A DNA stretch of 64,000 nt from Candidatus Micrarchaeota archaeon (lineage in GTDB: Archaea; B1Sed10-29), in NCBI GenBank assembly GCA_964579265.1, contig CAZOFO010000002.1:1-64000 (forward strand), written 5' to 3'. Below are positions 1 through 9,891 of this stretch, piece by piece (positions within the stretch are counted from its first letter, which is position 1; each line of letters starts with the position of its first letter). A program made the position numbers and the translations under genes. The notes below the pieces were generated by a model. The model did not search any database, was not told the origin of the DNA, and was given only the letters and a program-made list of their open reading frames with translations.

Positions 1-2
1 AA

Positions 3-296
3 AACGATTTCTTAGTTACAAGATCCCCTGCAAGTCAATCCGCAGCAGATCTATATGTAATGGGGGAAAAAAATAACTACCTGGTTCAATGCAAGACCAC
101 TGAAAAGGACAGACTCTACATATACGAATTAGGGGAGCTAAAAAAGATAGCTGACGAAAACAATGCTGTACCCCTATTAGTCTACTCCTTCAATTATACC
201 CCTCCCTACGTAAAAAAAGTTAAAAAATCAAAGGAAAAGCTAAAGAAAGATGAAAACCATAAAGAACTAAGAGAATTCGTAAAAAAAATAGAATAA
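3..296 (+). CDS. Holliday-junction-resolvase-like PD-(D/E)xK nuclease, 5'-truncated by window edge
   Basis: Frame is open from the window start: NDFLVTRSPASQSAADLYV...YLVQCK resembles the Hjc pattern F-x-V-x-R-x-x-x-S...D...(E/Q)CK. Confidence 0.6.
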   Translation, partial: NDFLVTRSPASQSAADLYVMGEKNNYLVQCKTTEKDRLYIYELGELKKIADENNAVPLLVYSFNYTPPYVKKVKKSKEKLKKDENHKELREFVKKIE

Positions 297-422
297 AAGA
301 AATAAAAAAGAGGAAGAACAAGAAGAAAAAGAAGAATAAAAACCTGAAAAACCAATTAAGATACTTAAAGGCTTACCCAAAGGTGATTACAAATCGCAAC
401 AGGAATAAAAATAGATGAGATA

Positions 423-941
423 ATGACAAAAGCCGTTATAACGGCAAAACCAACGGATACAATAGAAAAAGTAATAAGAGTAATGGATAAAACAGGAGTA
501 GGCGGACTAGTAATAGAAGAAAACGAAGAAGTGAAAGGAATAATAACAGAAGGAGACATAATATCGGAAATAGCAGAAGACTGTGAATCGCTTGAAAAAC
601 CGATCTCAGGAGTAATGAAAACACCAGTAAAAACTGTTCCAAAAGAAATAGATCTCGAAGAAGCTCTAAAAGTAATGAGAGACTTGGATATAGAAAGACT
701 ACCAGTAGTAACAGAAGAAAATAAACTAATAGGACTAGTAACAGAAAGAGATCTTATGAAAGTAGAGCCAGCACTAATAGAAATGGCAAGAGAAAAGAAA
801 GCACTAGAAGCAATAAAGCAAAATAGAAAAGAAGAAGTAAAAGGTACAGGAAACTGTGAAGAATGCGAAATGTACAGCAACAACCTAAAAGAATTCGAAG
901 GTAAATTCCTTTGCTCAGAATGCCGAGAAGAAAGAATATAA
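423..941 (+). CDS. CBS-domain pair protein with C-terminal Cys4 motif
   Basis: GIITEGDI and GLVTERDL CBS signatures; CEEC...CSEC tail. Confidence 0.85.
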   Translation: MTKAVITAKPTDTIEKVIRVMDKTGVGGLVIEENEEVKGIITEGDIISEIAEDCESLEKPISGVMKTPVKTVPKEIDLEEALKVMRDLDIERLPVVTEENKLIGLVTERDLMKVEPALIEMAREKKALEAIKQNRKEEVKGTGNCEECEMYSNNLKEFEGKFLCSECREERI

Positions 942-950
942 AGTGAAAAA

Positions 951-1760
951 ATGATCCAAGTAAAAGACTACATGACAAAAAAGGTACACGCAGTATCCCA
1001 AGAAGACCCGATAGCAAGAGTTAGGAATATATTCCTAAGCAAAGGAGTTTCAAGAGCATTAGTATACAACGGAGAACTAAAAGGAATGATAACAGACGGA
1101 GACATAGTAAGAGCATTCACAAAAGAAAGAAGAACAATAGAAGAAGTAAAAGTAAGAGAAATAATGACAAGATCACTAATAACCACCGTACCAGAAGAAA
1201 AACCTGAAAAAGCAGCTGAAAAGATGAAGGAAGAAGACATATCAGGATTACCAGTAATAAAAAACAACGAAATAAAAGGAATAATAACAAACACGGACCT
1301 AACCAAATACTTCTCAGATAACTACAGAGGCAAAGTAAAAGTAGAAGAAGTAATGAATAAACCAGTAAAGACTGCTAGAGAAGGACAATCAGCATTCCAC
1401 GCAGGCAGAATAATGGAAGAAGAAAACATATCAAAAATAGTAGTAACAAGAGACAAAGAAGCAATCGGAATAATAACAGAAAAAGACATATCATTCGCAT
1501 CACCAGGCAAAAGACCTCATAAAATAAAATACCCATCAAAAGAAGAAGGAAAAAACAAAAGAATCAAAATCCAACCTATGATAATAGGAGACATAATGAA
1601 AGAAGACCTAATAACAACACATCCAGATAAAGACGCTTCTAAAGAAACTGAAAAAATGATAAAGAAAAATATAGGTAGCCTAGTAGCAACTGAAAGTAAA
1701 AAACCAATAGGAATACTTACGAAAACAGATGTAACAGATTATCTAGCTAAAGAAAAATAA
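951..1760 (+). CDS. Four-CBS-domain protein
   Basis: Four repeats of the G-(I/M)-(I/L)-T-x-x-D CBS motif. Confidence 0.85.
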   Translation: MIQVKDYMTKKVHAVSQEDPIARVRNIFLSKGVSRALVYNGELKGMITDGDIVRAFTKERRTIEEVKVREIMTRSLITTVPEEKPEKAAEKMKEEDISGLPVIKNNEIKGIITNTDLTKYFSDNYRGKVKVEEVMNKPVKTAREGQSAFHAGRIMEEENISKIVVTRDKEAIGIITEKDISFASPGKRPHKIKYPSKEEGKNKRIKIQPMIIGDIMKEDLITTHPDKDASKETEKMIKKNIGSLVATESKKPIGILTKTDVTDYLAKEK

Positions 1761-2073
1761 AAACCTATAAACTACTTTTCTTAACCATAAAAAATAATAA
1801 AAATTAGCAGGAATCTTTCGAAAGAAATAAAAACACTGAGTGAAAAAAATATACATACAAGTCAAAAAGATCTCACTGGTCAGTTCAATCAAAAATTCAC
1901 ATATCACCAAAAACACACTAACCACTCCTCAAACCCAGAGGAAAAACACATAACACCCAAGGACAAAAAAGCAATACACAAAGTAATAGAAAAGAAGTAG
2001 AAAGAGACCTGAAAGAGATAAATACTAATTTTGATTGAACCCAGTGAGAAGTAGAGTTAAATATACCTAAAAA

Positions 2074-2457
2074 GTGAACAAAGTGGAATTCAAAGAATTA
2101 AAAAAAATAATAGAAGAAATGAAAGAAGATAAAAGAAAGAAAATAGTAGAAGGAAAAAGAGACAAACAAGCATTAAACAAACTAGGAATAAAACAAGTGC
2201 AAACAATAAAAACAAAACCACTAAGACAAATAACAGGAAAGGAAAAAGACAAAGAAGTAATATTATTAACGGACTTCGACAAAACAGGAAAATCACGATC
2301 AAAAAAACTGATAAAACTCTACAAAGCAGAAGGAATCAAAACGGATTTAAAATACAAAAAAAGACTCGGAAAACTTCACGGAATATCCGAAATAGAAGAA
2401 CTACCGAGCAAATACAAAGAACTAAAAAATAAAAATAGAGGTGCTAAAAATGGCTAA
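2074..2457 (+). CDS. Small Toprim-domain protein (RNase M5-like/UPF0292-like)
   Basis: IIVEGKRD and VILLTDFDKTG Toprim motifs; lies next to dnaG. Confidence 0.8.
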   Translation: MNKVEFKELKKIIEEMKEDKRKKIVEGKRDKQALNKLGIKQVQTIKTKPLRQITGKEKDKEVILLTDFDKTGKSRSKKLIKLYKAEGIKTDLKYKKRLGKLHGISEIEELPSKYKELKNKNRGAKNG

Positions 2458-3601
2458 AACATACATAGATACAGTCAAATATCTTATCAAAGCAGACATA
2501 GAAGTTGACGGAATTGTAGAAAGACCAGACGTAGTAGGAGCAATATTTGGACAAACTGAAGGGTTACTAGGAGACGAACTTGACTTAAGAGAACTTCAAA
2601 AAAGCGGAAGAATAGGAAGAATAGAAGTAGAAATAGAAAACAAAATGGGAAAATCAATAGGAAAAATAAAAATACCCTCCAGTCTAGACGCAGATAAAAC
2701 ATCCGCAATAGCAGCAGCACTAGAACAAATAGAAAGAGTAGGACCATCAGAATCACATATAAAAGTAAAAGAAATAAAAGACACAAGAGAAAACAAAAGA
2801 GAAAAAGTACTAGAAAGAGCACAAGAACTAAGAAGCAAAATGATGGGAAAATCCAGACCAGAATCAAAAGAAATAAGCAAACAAATAAGAGAAGGAGTAA
2901 GAAGCAACGAAATACAAAAATACGGAGAAGAAAACCTAGCAGCAGGACCAAAAATAGATGAAGCAAAAGAAATAATAGTGACAGAAGGAAGAGCAGACGT
3001 ACTAAACCTTCTCAGAGCAAACATAAAAAACGTGATATGCCTACACGGAAAAAACATACCAGAAACAGTGAAAAAACTATCAAAAGAAAAGAAAACCACG
3101 CTATTCGTTGACGGAGACAGAGGAGGAGAACTCGTAGCAAAACAATTCGATACTGAAGCAGAACCAGACTACATAGCACAAGCCCCAGAAGGAAAAGAAG
3201 TAGAAGAACTAACCCAAAAAGAAATACTCCAAAGCCTAAGAAAAAAGAGGAAAAAAGACCAATGGATAAAAGAAAGAGACAACGGCAACTACAAAGAAAA
3301 GGACAGTAAAAAGAATAAAAGAAAAGGAAAATCGTTCGGAGAAGTAATGGAAAAACTCAAAGGAACAATGAAAGGAGCATTACTAGACAATAACGATCAA
3401 ATAATAGCAAAAATAGATGTGAAAGACCTAAAAGACGAGATAAAAAAACACGAAGACATAAAAGCCGCAGTATTCGATGGAATAATAACCCAGCAACTGA
3501 TAAACACAGCAAACAAAAACAATGTAAAGTACCTAGCAGGGAGAAAAAAAGGAAAAATCAAAAAAGAAAGAGGCATAAACCTCCTAACTTACCCTGATTG
3601 A
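2450..3601 (+). CDS. dnaG: Archaeal DnaG (exosome-associated)
   Basis: VERPDVVGAIFGQTEGLLG, TEGRADV, DGDRGG; start chosen after GAGGTG SD. Confidence 0.95.
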   Translation: MAKTYIDTVKYLIKADIEVDGIVERPDVVGAIFGQTEGLLGDELDLRELQKSGRIGRIEVEIENKMGKSIGKIKIPSSLDADKTSAIAAALEQIERVGPSESHIKVKEIKDTRENKREKVLERAQELRSKMMGKSRPESKEISKQIREGVRSNEIQKYGEENLAAGPKIDEAKEIIVTEGRADVLNLLRANIKNVICLHGKNIPETVKKLSKEKKTTLFVDGDRGGELVAKQFDTEAEPDYIAQAPEGKEVEELTQKEILQSLRKKRKKDQWIKERDNGNYKEKDSKKNKRKGKSFGEVMEKLKGTMKGALLDNNDQIIAKIDVKDLKDEIKKHEDIKAAVFDGIITQQLINTANKNNVKYLAGRKKGKIKKERGINLLTYPD

Positions 3602-3617
3602 AAGGAAAAAATTAAAA

Positions 3618-4208
3618 TCAATGAGATTTGGATTGGTGGATATGTAACCCTCTTTCAGAATCAAAAGATTTGCCGCATTTAGAGCATACAAACTCCTCTC
3701 TAGCTTTAACGTACCGAGGTCTACCCTCTACCTTCCTTTTATTTTTTTCTGAATCTTCTTCATCATCGTCTGTAAACTCTTCATCCTCCTCATCTTCGGA
3801 AGAATCTCCCTCATCAGAAGAACCTAAACTATCAGAACCCTCAGACCCTCCTTTACCTTTAAATTTCTCTATAGTCTCAGTGACCGGGAATGCAATTCCT
3901 CCTCCTTTATAGATAGCAGCTCCAAAAACGAATAGAGCGGACCAGAACATTACACCAGCAAAGGGTTTGAGAACCAAACCTAACTTAACACTAGAATCAA
4001 GATCACCAACCTCTTGCTCTATGACTAAATCACCAAACTCCAGGATAACTGATTCTCCCGCAGGACCTAAAACTATTGAGACAATTGAAATCAAACTATA
4101 AACACTATTGAGCAACATTAACCCAGAGCCAACAAAAATAAAGGCACCTATCAGTTTTATCAAGTGAAGTTTTCTAGATCCGATTCGAATCAATATTTTT
4201 TCCTTCAT
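3618..4208 (-). CDS. Two-TM membrane protein with acidic linker and C-terminal C2H2 zinc finger
   Basis: Two hydrophobic segments, D/E/S-rich linker, CSKCGKSFDSERGLHIHQSKSH. Confidence 0.75.
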   Translation of the reverse strand: MKEKILIRIGSRKLHLIKLIGAFIFVGSGLMLLNSVYSLISIVSIVLGPAGESVILEFGDLVIEQEVGDLDSSVKLGLVLKPFAGVMFWSALFVFGAAIYKGGGIAFPVTETIEKFKGKGGSEGSDSLGSSDEGDSSEDEEDEEFTDDDEEDSEKNKRKVEGRPRYVKAREEFVCSKCGKSFDSERGLHIHQSKSH

Positions 4209-4316
4209 CCAACCACGTTAAATAACTATACATCCGAACCTTAAAAACATATTCCCCAGAAAGAAAAAACCCTCATGAATATATAAACCAATGAATAAAC
4301 GCTATATAGAAAAAAG

Positions 4317-4389
4317 GGGTCCGTAGTCTAGTGGCTATGACGATACCCTTACAAGGTATAGATCGGTGGTTCAAATCCGCCCGGACCCA
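4317..4389 (+). tRNA. tRNA-Val(TAC)
   Basis: Cloverleaf; GGGTCCG/CGGACCC acceptor; ATACC-CTTACAA-GGTAT anticodon arm; TTCAAAT T-loop. Confidence 0.95.
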
Positions 4390-4472
4390 TCACCCACTAA
4401 AACTAACTCAAGAGGCTTAGAAACTAAAAAATACTTGAATAAAAACTAAATAGACTTAAAAAAATAAAAACA

Positions 4473-4543
4473 GCGCCGATGGTCCAGTGGTAAGACACGA
4501 GATTGCCATTCTCGTAACCCGGGTTCAAATCCCGGTCGGCGCA
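4473..4543 (+). tRNA. tRNA-Gly(GCC)
   Basis: GCGCCGA/TCGGCGC acceptor; CGAGA-TTGCCAT-TCTCG anticodon arm. Confidence 0.95.
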
Positions 4544-4576
4544 TAGAAAAACCGTAAAACGGAGAAAAAAGATAAA

Positions 4577-5842
4577 ATGATACCGATAAAAACAATAAGA
4601 AACGAACCAGAAAAAATAAAAGAAACCCTAGAGAAAAGAAATATAAAATTTCCACTGGAAAAATTGAGAGAACTGGATGAAGAATGGAGAAATAGAAAAA
4701 AGAAAGTAGATAACCTGAGACACAGAAAAAACAAAATAAATAGAAAAATAGCCAACAAAAAGAAAAACGGAGAAGACGCTGAAAAAGAAATATCGAAAGT
4801 AAAACAGATGAAAGAAGAACTAGAGACAAAAGAAGAAGAAATAGAAAAAATCAAAGGGGAAAGAGACGAATTATGGATGCAACTACCAAACCTACTAGAT
4901 CCAGAAGTGCCAGAAGGAGAAAATGAAGAAGATAACAAAGAGATAAAAAAATGGGGAGAAAAACCAGAAAGAGACTTCGAACCAAAAGCACACATGGAAA
5001 TAGCCCGAGAACTAGACCTAATAGATGAAAAGGCAAGTGAAGTAACAGGAGAAGGTTTCTACTACTTGAAAAAAGACCTGGCAATGCTGGATATAGCACT
5101 ACAAAAATACGCAGTAGACAAATTAATTGAAAAAGGATACAAGCTAATAGAACCACCGTTCATGCTAAGAGAAAAAACCTACAAGAAAGCCACCAATGTA
5201 GATAAATTCAAAGAAGACATGTACGGAATAAAAAACACTGATAAATACTTAATAGGAACCTCAGAACACCCAATGGTCGCAATGCATAAAGACGAAGTAT
5301 TCCAAAAAGAAGAACTGCCAAAAAAATACGTAGCAATAAGCCCATGCTTCAGGAAAGAAGCAGGAACACATGGAAAATACAGGAAAGGACTTTACAGAAT
5401 GCATCAATTCAATAAAATAGAACAATTCATAGTATGCAAACCAGAAAACGAAGAAAAATATTTCAAAGAACTACAAAAAAACGCCGAAGAAATATACCAA
5501 GAACTAGAAATACCTTATAGAGTAGTGATAAACTGCAGCGGAGACACCCCAAAAACCCAAGCAAAAACGCACGACACAGAGCTTCTAATGGTGGACGGCC
5601 AATACAGAGAAGCAGGATCAAACAGCACCAGCAAAGCCTACCAAGCAAGGAGAATGAATATAAAATACGAAAAAGAGAAGTACGGGGAAAGAGAATACAC
5701 TTACACATTGAACAACACAGGAATAGCAACTAGTAGAACGATGCTAGCAATACTAGAGAACCACCAGACAGAAAAAGGAGAAATAAAAATACCTAAACCC
5801 CTACAGAGTTACATGAATGGGAAGAAAAAAATAAAAAAGTAA
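4577..5842 (+). CDS. serS: Seryl-tRNA synthetase
   Basis: N-terminal coiled coil; LIGTSEHP, CFRKEAG, GLYRMHQFNKIEQF, TLNNTGIATSR. Confidence 0.97.
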   Translation: MIPIKTIRNEPEKIKETLEKRNIKFPLEKLRELDEEWRNRKKKVDNLRHRKNKINRKIANKKKNGEDAEKEISKVKQMKEELETKEEEIEKIKGERDELWMQLPNLLDPEVPEGENEEDNKEIKKWGEKPERDFEPKAHMEIARELDLIDEKASEVTGEGFYYLKKDLAMLDIALQKYAVDKLIEKGYKLIEPPFMLREKTYKKATNVDKFKEDMYGIKNTDKYLIGTSEHPMVAMHKDEVFQKEELPKKYVAISPCFRKEAGTHGKYRKGLYRMHQFNKIEQFIVCKPENEEKYFKELQKNAEEIYQELEIPYRVVINCSGDTPKTQAKTHDTELLMVDGQYREAGSNSTSKAYQARRMNIKYEKEKYGEREYTYTLNNTGIATSRTMLAILENHQTEKGEIKIPKPLQSYMNGKKKIKK

Positions 5843-5849
5843 CAAAGAT

Positions 5850-5975
5850 GGGCCGGTAGCTCAGTCTGGCAGAGCACCAGGCTCTTAACAACCTCTTGGA
5901 AAAAGCTCAAATCAAAACTTTTCTAAAGTTTTGGGAGAAACCTGGTAGCCGCGGGTTCAAATCCCGTCCGGCCCA
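5850..5975 (+). tRNA. tRNA-Lys(CTT) with 52-nt intron at 37/38 (5888-5939)
   Basis: CCAGG-CTCTTA|intron|A-CCTGG; BHB helix CTCT/GGAG; exons match the Lys(TTT) gene at 39863 except the anticodon. Confidence 0.93.
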
Positions 5976-6029
5976 TAACAAAAAACCTTTCTAGAGAAAG
6001 AAATAAAAACACCCCCTCAATAAATAAAG

Positions 6030-6398
6030 ATGAGGAAAATGAAAAAAATTGGAGAAGTAACAAATAAAGATCTAGAAAGAGTAAGAAAAGATCTAGCTCC
6101 AAACGAAGAAGTAAGATTAATCACAGGACTAAAATCAAAAAGAACAAGCGGAAAACACTACCTAGTATTAACTAATATAAGAACTATATTCTGGAAAAAA
6201 GGAAGAGAAAAACTTGTAAAAGAAACAGAATCCTATCAAGATTTTACCTATCAAACAATTTCAAGAGTATATGTAGAACCAAAAAAAGACTATGATTTAT
6301 TCAAGATAGAGATGGAAACAGGGTCAGAAGACGAAATAATGGTTCCAAAAGGAAAAGGAAAAGAAGTAGCAGGGATACTAAGAGAAAAACAAACTTAA
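6030..6398 (+). CDS. Bacterial-type PH-domain protein (putative)
   Basis: LAPNEEV...YLVLTNIRTIFW...FTYQTISRV pattern typical of bPH domains. Confidence 0.6.
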   Translation: MRKMKKIGEVTNKDLERVRKDLAPNEEVRLITGLKSKRTSGKHYLVLTNIRTIFWKKGREKLVKETESYQDFTYQTISRVYVEPKKDYDLFKIEMETGSEDEIMVPKGKGKEVAGILREKQT

Positions 6399-7447
6399 TA
6401 ACCAAAAATAACTCCAATCAAAACCATGGAAACAGGTAAAACTATAAGGAAGACCACAAAAAGCAATAAAAACTTAGTTCTAAGAAGTATAAAGTTTATA
6501 GTTCTCTTAACTATTTCAGAATACCAATCATAGAAATAGAGGAAGATTAAAGTGATCAATATACTGCTTAAAGCAGCAGCTAGAACAACATTGAAAGCCA
6601 CTGAACTCTCCAACAACATCGAGGCAACGAAATGACTGATAAAAGTAGCTACATTAGCACCTAAAATATAAGGAATAAGGTTTCTTCTCTCCAAGTAGCC
6701 CATATTATAAAGAGGAACCAATATACCTAAAGATATAGATACAGAAGCCGCAATAAGAGTTATACCAACCCCTATAAAAAAAGAAAACCATTTCCTCCTC
6801 ATAGCGAAAGAAATAAAGCTAGATTTAAACTGATGAACCTCAATATTCTTAAAAGCTTTATTAAAAACATTCAAACCGAAAATAAGCATTACAAAAGAAA
6901 CAAAAAAGCTAGGTAAAGCACCAACTAAACCAATAATCCTAGAAGTAAATAATTCGAAAAAACTACCTATACCAAAAACCACCGCACCAGGAGAATAAAC
7001 AGCCAGACCCTCCAAAGGACCTAAAAATAACAAGCCTAAAAACAAGGCAGGAATAAAAACAGTGTAAGTAATTATGAAGCTCAAAAAAGCAAGAGAAGTA
7101 GAATCAACCAGGCTCTCACTCTTTCCTCTAAAATACTCAATCAAACCTATAACTATCAAAATAAAAGCAGCACCCAATCTAGTCCCCATAACCATCATAT
7201 ATGAAGAAAAACGAGTTAAAACACCCATATGGAGAAGATTAAGAGATAATATAGCAGGAGGAGCACCAGAAAGCATAACGTAAGAGAGACTCCAACCAAA
7301 ACCTAAAGAAGCAATTGGAGAATCCACATAGGAAATATAAGTTTCAAAAAGAGGTAGAAGAAACTCAGCACTATCTTTAAGCAAAACGATACCTAGTATA
7401 AATAAAAATAACCCTAAAAAAGCATAGATAATCCTTCTAAATTTCAT
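6395..7447 (-). CDS. Na+/phosphate cotransporter family membrane protein
   Basis: Multi-TM; repeated MGTRLG and YILGANVAT motifs, SVSISLGILVPL. Confidence 0.8.
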   Translation of the reverse strand: MKFRRIIYAFLGLFLFILGIVLLKDSAEFLLPLFETYISYVDSPIASLGFGWSLSYVMLSGAPPAILSLNLLHMGVLTRFSSYMMVMGTRLGAAFILIVIGLIEYFRGKSESLVDSTSLAFLSFIITYTVFIPALFLGLLFLGPLEGLAVYSPGAVVFGIGSFFELFTSRIIGLVGALPSFFVSFVMLIFGLNVFNKAFKNIEVHQFKSSFISFAMRRKWFSFFIGVGITLIAASVSISLGILVPLYNMGYLERRNLIPYILGANVATFISHFVASMLLESSVAFNVVLAAALSSILITLIFLYFYDWYSEIVKRTINFILLRTKFLLLFVVFLIVLPVSMVLIGVIFGY

Positions 7448-7606
7448 AAATAACCTTCACCTCAAAATAAACCTACATTTAATAATACATCACTGAATTA
7501 AAACAATTGAGGAAAAAATAAAAATTTAAAAACATACGAAAATCGTAAAAAAACAAACCTTTAAAAAAGATAAGAGAAAAAATAGGCAACGTGAGAAAAA
7601 TGGAAA

Positions 7607-7858
7607 GTGAGTATTTTAAACTCGGAAGAAACAAATGTTGAAGAAGCTCCTCCCTTAGTTCTTAATCCCTCACACGAAGACATCAATGACTTTCTAGATG
7701 TAGAAATACTCAAAATGCTTAAAGTAAATAGTAGGATGCCAAATACAGAAATAGCTAGAGAATTAGGGATATCCGAAGGAACAGTGAGGAGAAGGATAAA
7801 CCGAATGATCAAAGCAGGAGTAATAAAGAAATTTACTGTTGAATTAAAGGGTTTGTAG
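7607..7858 (+). CDS. Lrp/AsnC-type HTH protein lacking the C-terminal effector domain (possibly a fragment)
   Basis: DVEILKMLKVNSRMPNTEIARELGISEGTVRRRINRMIKAGVIKKF; stop TAG lies inside the downstream tRNA-like element. Confidence 0.7.
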   Translation: MSILNSEETNVEEAPPLVLNPSHEDINDFLDVEILKMLKVNSRMPNTEIARELGISEGTVRRRINRMIKAGVIKKFTVELKGL

Positions 7859-7964
7859 CTCAATCTGGTAGAGCACTAGGTTTTTAATAGAGGTAAAACT
7901 CTTAATAAGAACATACTCATCAGGTGAAACCTAGAAGATAGGAGTTCAAATCCCCTCAGACCCA
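7849..7964 (+). tRNA. Diverged tRNA-Lys(TTT)-like element with 42-nt anticodon-loop insert (7887-7928); functionality doubtful
   Basis: GGGTTTG/CAGACCC acceptor, GCTC/GAGC D-stem, CTAGG/CCTAG anticodon stem, TTCAAAT loop; A-C mismatch in T-stem and weak BHB (TTTT/GGTG). Confidence 0.7.
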
Positions 7965-8060
7965 TCCAAAGGGGAAAGAAAAGAGAGGAAAAAGAAAAGG
8001 CTCACCCAACCCGCTCTTTCCCCTTTTCTCAAAACCTGAAAAAGAAAAAGAGGTAAAAAA

Positions 8061-9656
8061 ATGACAGACGTAACACATTGGGCAGATCAAAAAGCCAATG
8101 AAATAATAAAAGAAAGAGGAGAAAAAGAAAAATACGTATTCAACTCCGGTATGTCCATATCCGGAAAGATGCATATCGGAAACTTAAGAGGAGAACTCAT
8201 AATAACCTCAAGAATACAAAAAATATTAGAAAATAAAGGGAAAAAAGTAGAATTCAAAGGAGTTTACTACACTCAAGACAGATTTAAAGGTAAAGAACAA
8301 CAGCTAAAGCAATTCTCAGACCCGAAAAAAGCGGAAAAATACACAGGATGGAGACTTATAGATGTTCCTGACCCAAAAGGATGCCATGATAACTGGGTAG
8401 AGCACTACAACTCACAGAATGACCCATACCTGCAAAAATTCGGAATAAATGTCAACCCAATAAACAACACCGACTTCTACAAAAGAGAAAAAACAATAGA
8501 ACTAGTTAAAAAATTCCTAAAAAACAGAGAAAAAATCAGAAACATACTGAATAAATTCAGAGATAGAAAACCATACCCAGAAGACTGGATACCTTTCGAT
8601 CCATTCTGTAAAGAATGCAACAGGATAGATGAAACAGAAGCCCTAGAAGTAGATCTAAATACAGAGAAAGTAAAATACAAATGCAGCCACTGTGGCTCAG
8701 AAGAATGGTCAAAACTAGAAAAAGGAAAATTAGCCTGGAGACTAGAATGGGTAGCACTATGGCACGTACTAGGAATTGACTTTGAACCTTATGGAAAAGA
8801 TCACGCAACTCCAGGAGGATCCAGAGACAGCTGTGTAGAAATATGTAAAGAAATGGAACTAAACTACCCTACAGGATTCGCATTCAACTGGGTATACCTA
8901 AAAGAAGACGGAAACCCTCAAGTAATGACCTCTTCAGGAGCCAAAGGAATCACAGCAGAAGAATACCTAGAAATAGCTGACCCAAACGTACTAAATTACT
9001 TATATCTCTCTACAAAACCAATGAAAGAGATATATTTCGATCCAAAAGAGATACCAATACACTACAGACACTTCGACAATGCAGAAAAAATCTATTTCGG
9101 AAATAAAGAGGCAGAATCAGAAAAAAGAAAAGAAAACATAAAAAGAAACTACGAATTAGCTGTGAACAAGATTCCAGACCAAGAAAAACAGAAAGTACCC
9201 TACGGATTCTGCTCCACAATAGCACAAGTAGCTGAAAGTAAGGAAAGAAGAAAAGAGATTCTGAAAAGAACAGGACATTTAGAAAACCCAAGCAAAATAG
9301 AAATAAAAAAAGCTCTAGAAAGGATAGAAAAAGCTGAAAACTGGGTAGAAAAATACGCTCCTGAAAAATACATATACAGAATACAAGAAAAAATACCCGA
9401 ATCAGCTAGAGAAATAGACAGAGAAATACTTAAAATATATGAAGAAGTAGCTGAAAAAATAGAAAAAGGAAAAAACGGACAAGAAATACAACAATTCATC
9501 TATGAAAATGCTAAAGAAAAAGATATGAATATAGGAAAAGTATTCAAATCAGGATACAAACTAATACTAGATCAAAACCAAGGACCAAGACTAGGACCAT
9601 TCCTAACAACTTTAGATAAAGATTTCGTGGTTAAAAGACTAAAAACAGAGAAATAA
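8061..9656 (+). CDS. lysS: Class I lysyl-tRNA synthetase
   Basis: HWAD, SGKMHIGNLR (HIGH-like), FEPYGKDH, QGPRLGPF. Confidence 0.97.
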   Translation: MTDVTHWADQKANEIIKERGEKEKYVFNSGMSISGKMHIGNLRGELIITSRIQKILENKGKKVEFKGVYYTQDRFKGKEQQLKQFSDPKKAEKYTGWRLIDVPDPKGCHDNWVEHYNSQNDPYLQKFGINVNPINNTDFYKREKTIELVKKFLKNREKIRNILNKFRDRKPYPEDWIPFDPFCKECNRIDETEALEVDLNTEKVKYKCSHCGSEEWSKLEKGKLAWRLEWVALWHVLGIDFEPYGKDHATPGGSRDSCVEICKEMELNYPTGFAFNWVYLKEDGNPQVMTSSGAKGITAEEYLEIADPNVLNYLYLSTKPMKEIYFDPKEIPIHYRHFDNAEKIYFGNKEAESEKRKENIKRNYELAVNKIPDQEKQKVPYGFCSTIAQVAESKERRKEILKRTGHLENPSKIEIKKALERIEKAENWVEKYAPEKYIYRIQEKIPESAREIDREILKIYEEVAEKIEKGKNGQEIQQFIYENAKEKDMNIGKVFKSGYKLILDQNQGPRLGPFLTTLDKDFVVKRLKTEK

Positions 9657-9789
9657 ATCTAATAAAAAAGAAATCCTAGAGGCAAATACAAGACAACTAG
9701 AGCCTAATCTTTCCAAAATCGACATTCAACGAAGATAAAGAATATAAAAGACTAATACTTAACATCTAGATGAAGAAAGAGGTGAAAAA

Positions 9790-9891
9790 ATGATAAAATC
9801 AAATTCAAAAGGGAAAAAAAGAAGCTTAGGTGGAAAAAGCAAAGACTGTGATGACAAAGACTGTAAGGATTGTAGAAATCCACTTTGTTAA
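9790..9891 (+). CDS. 33-aa Cys-rich microprotein (not in ORF track)
   Basis: GAGGTGA SD upstream of ATG; MIKSNSKGKKRSLGGKSKDCDDKDCKDCRNPLC. Confidence 0.55.
   Translation: MIKSNSKGKKRSLGGKSKDCDDKDCKDCRNPLC

Noticed and set aside
1761..2000. Open frame in the intergenic gap after the CBS genes
   Set aside because: No credible start codon or SD, and no recognisable motif
7881..7929. Suppressor (TTA) or Ile2/Met (CAT) reading of the tRNA-like element
   Set aside because: Loop register gives TTT at 34-36; alternative two-intron parses gave no acceptable BHB motifs
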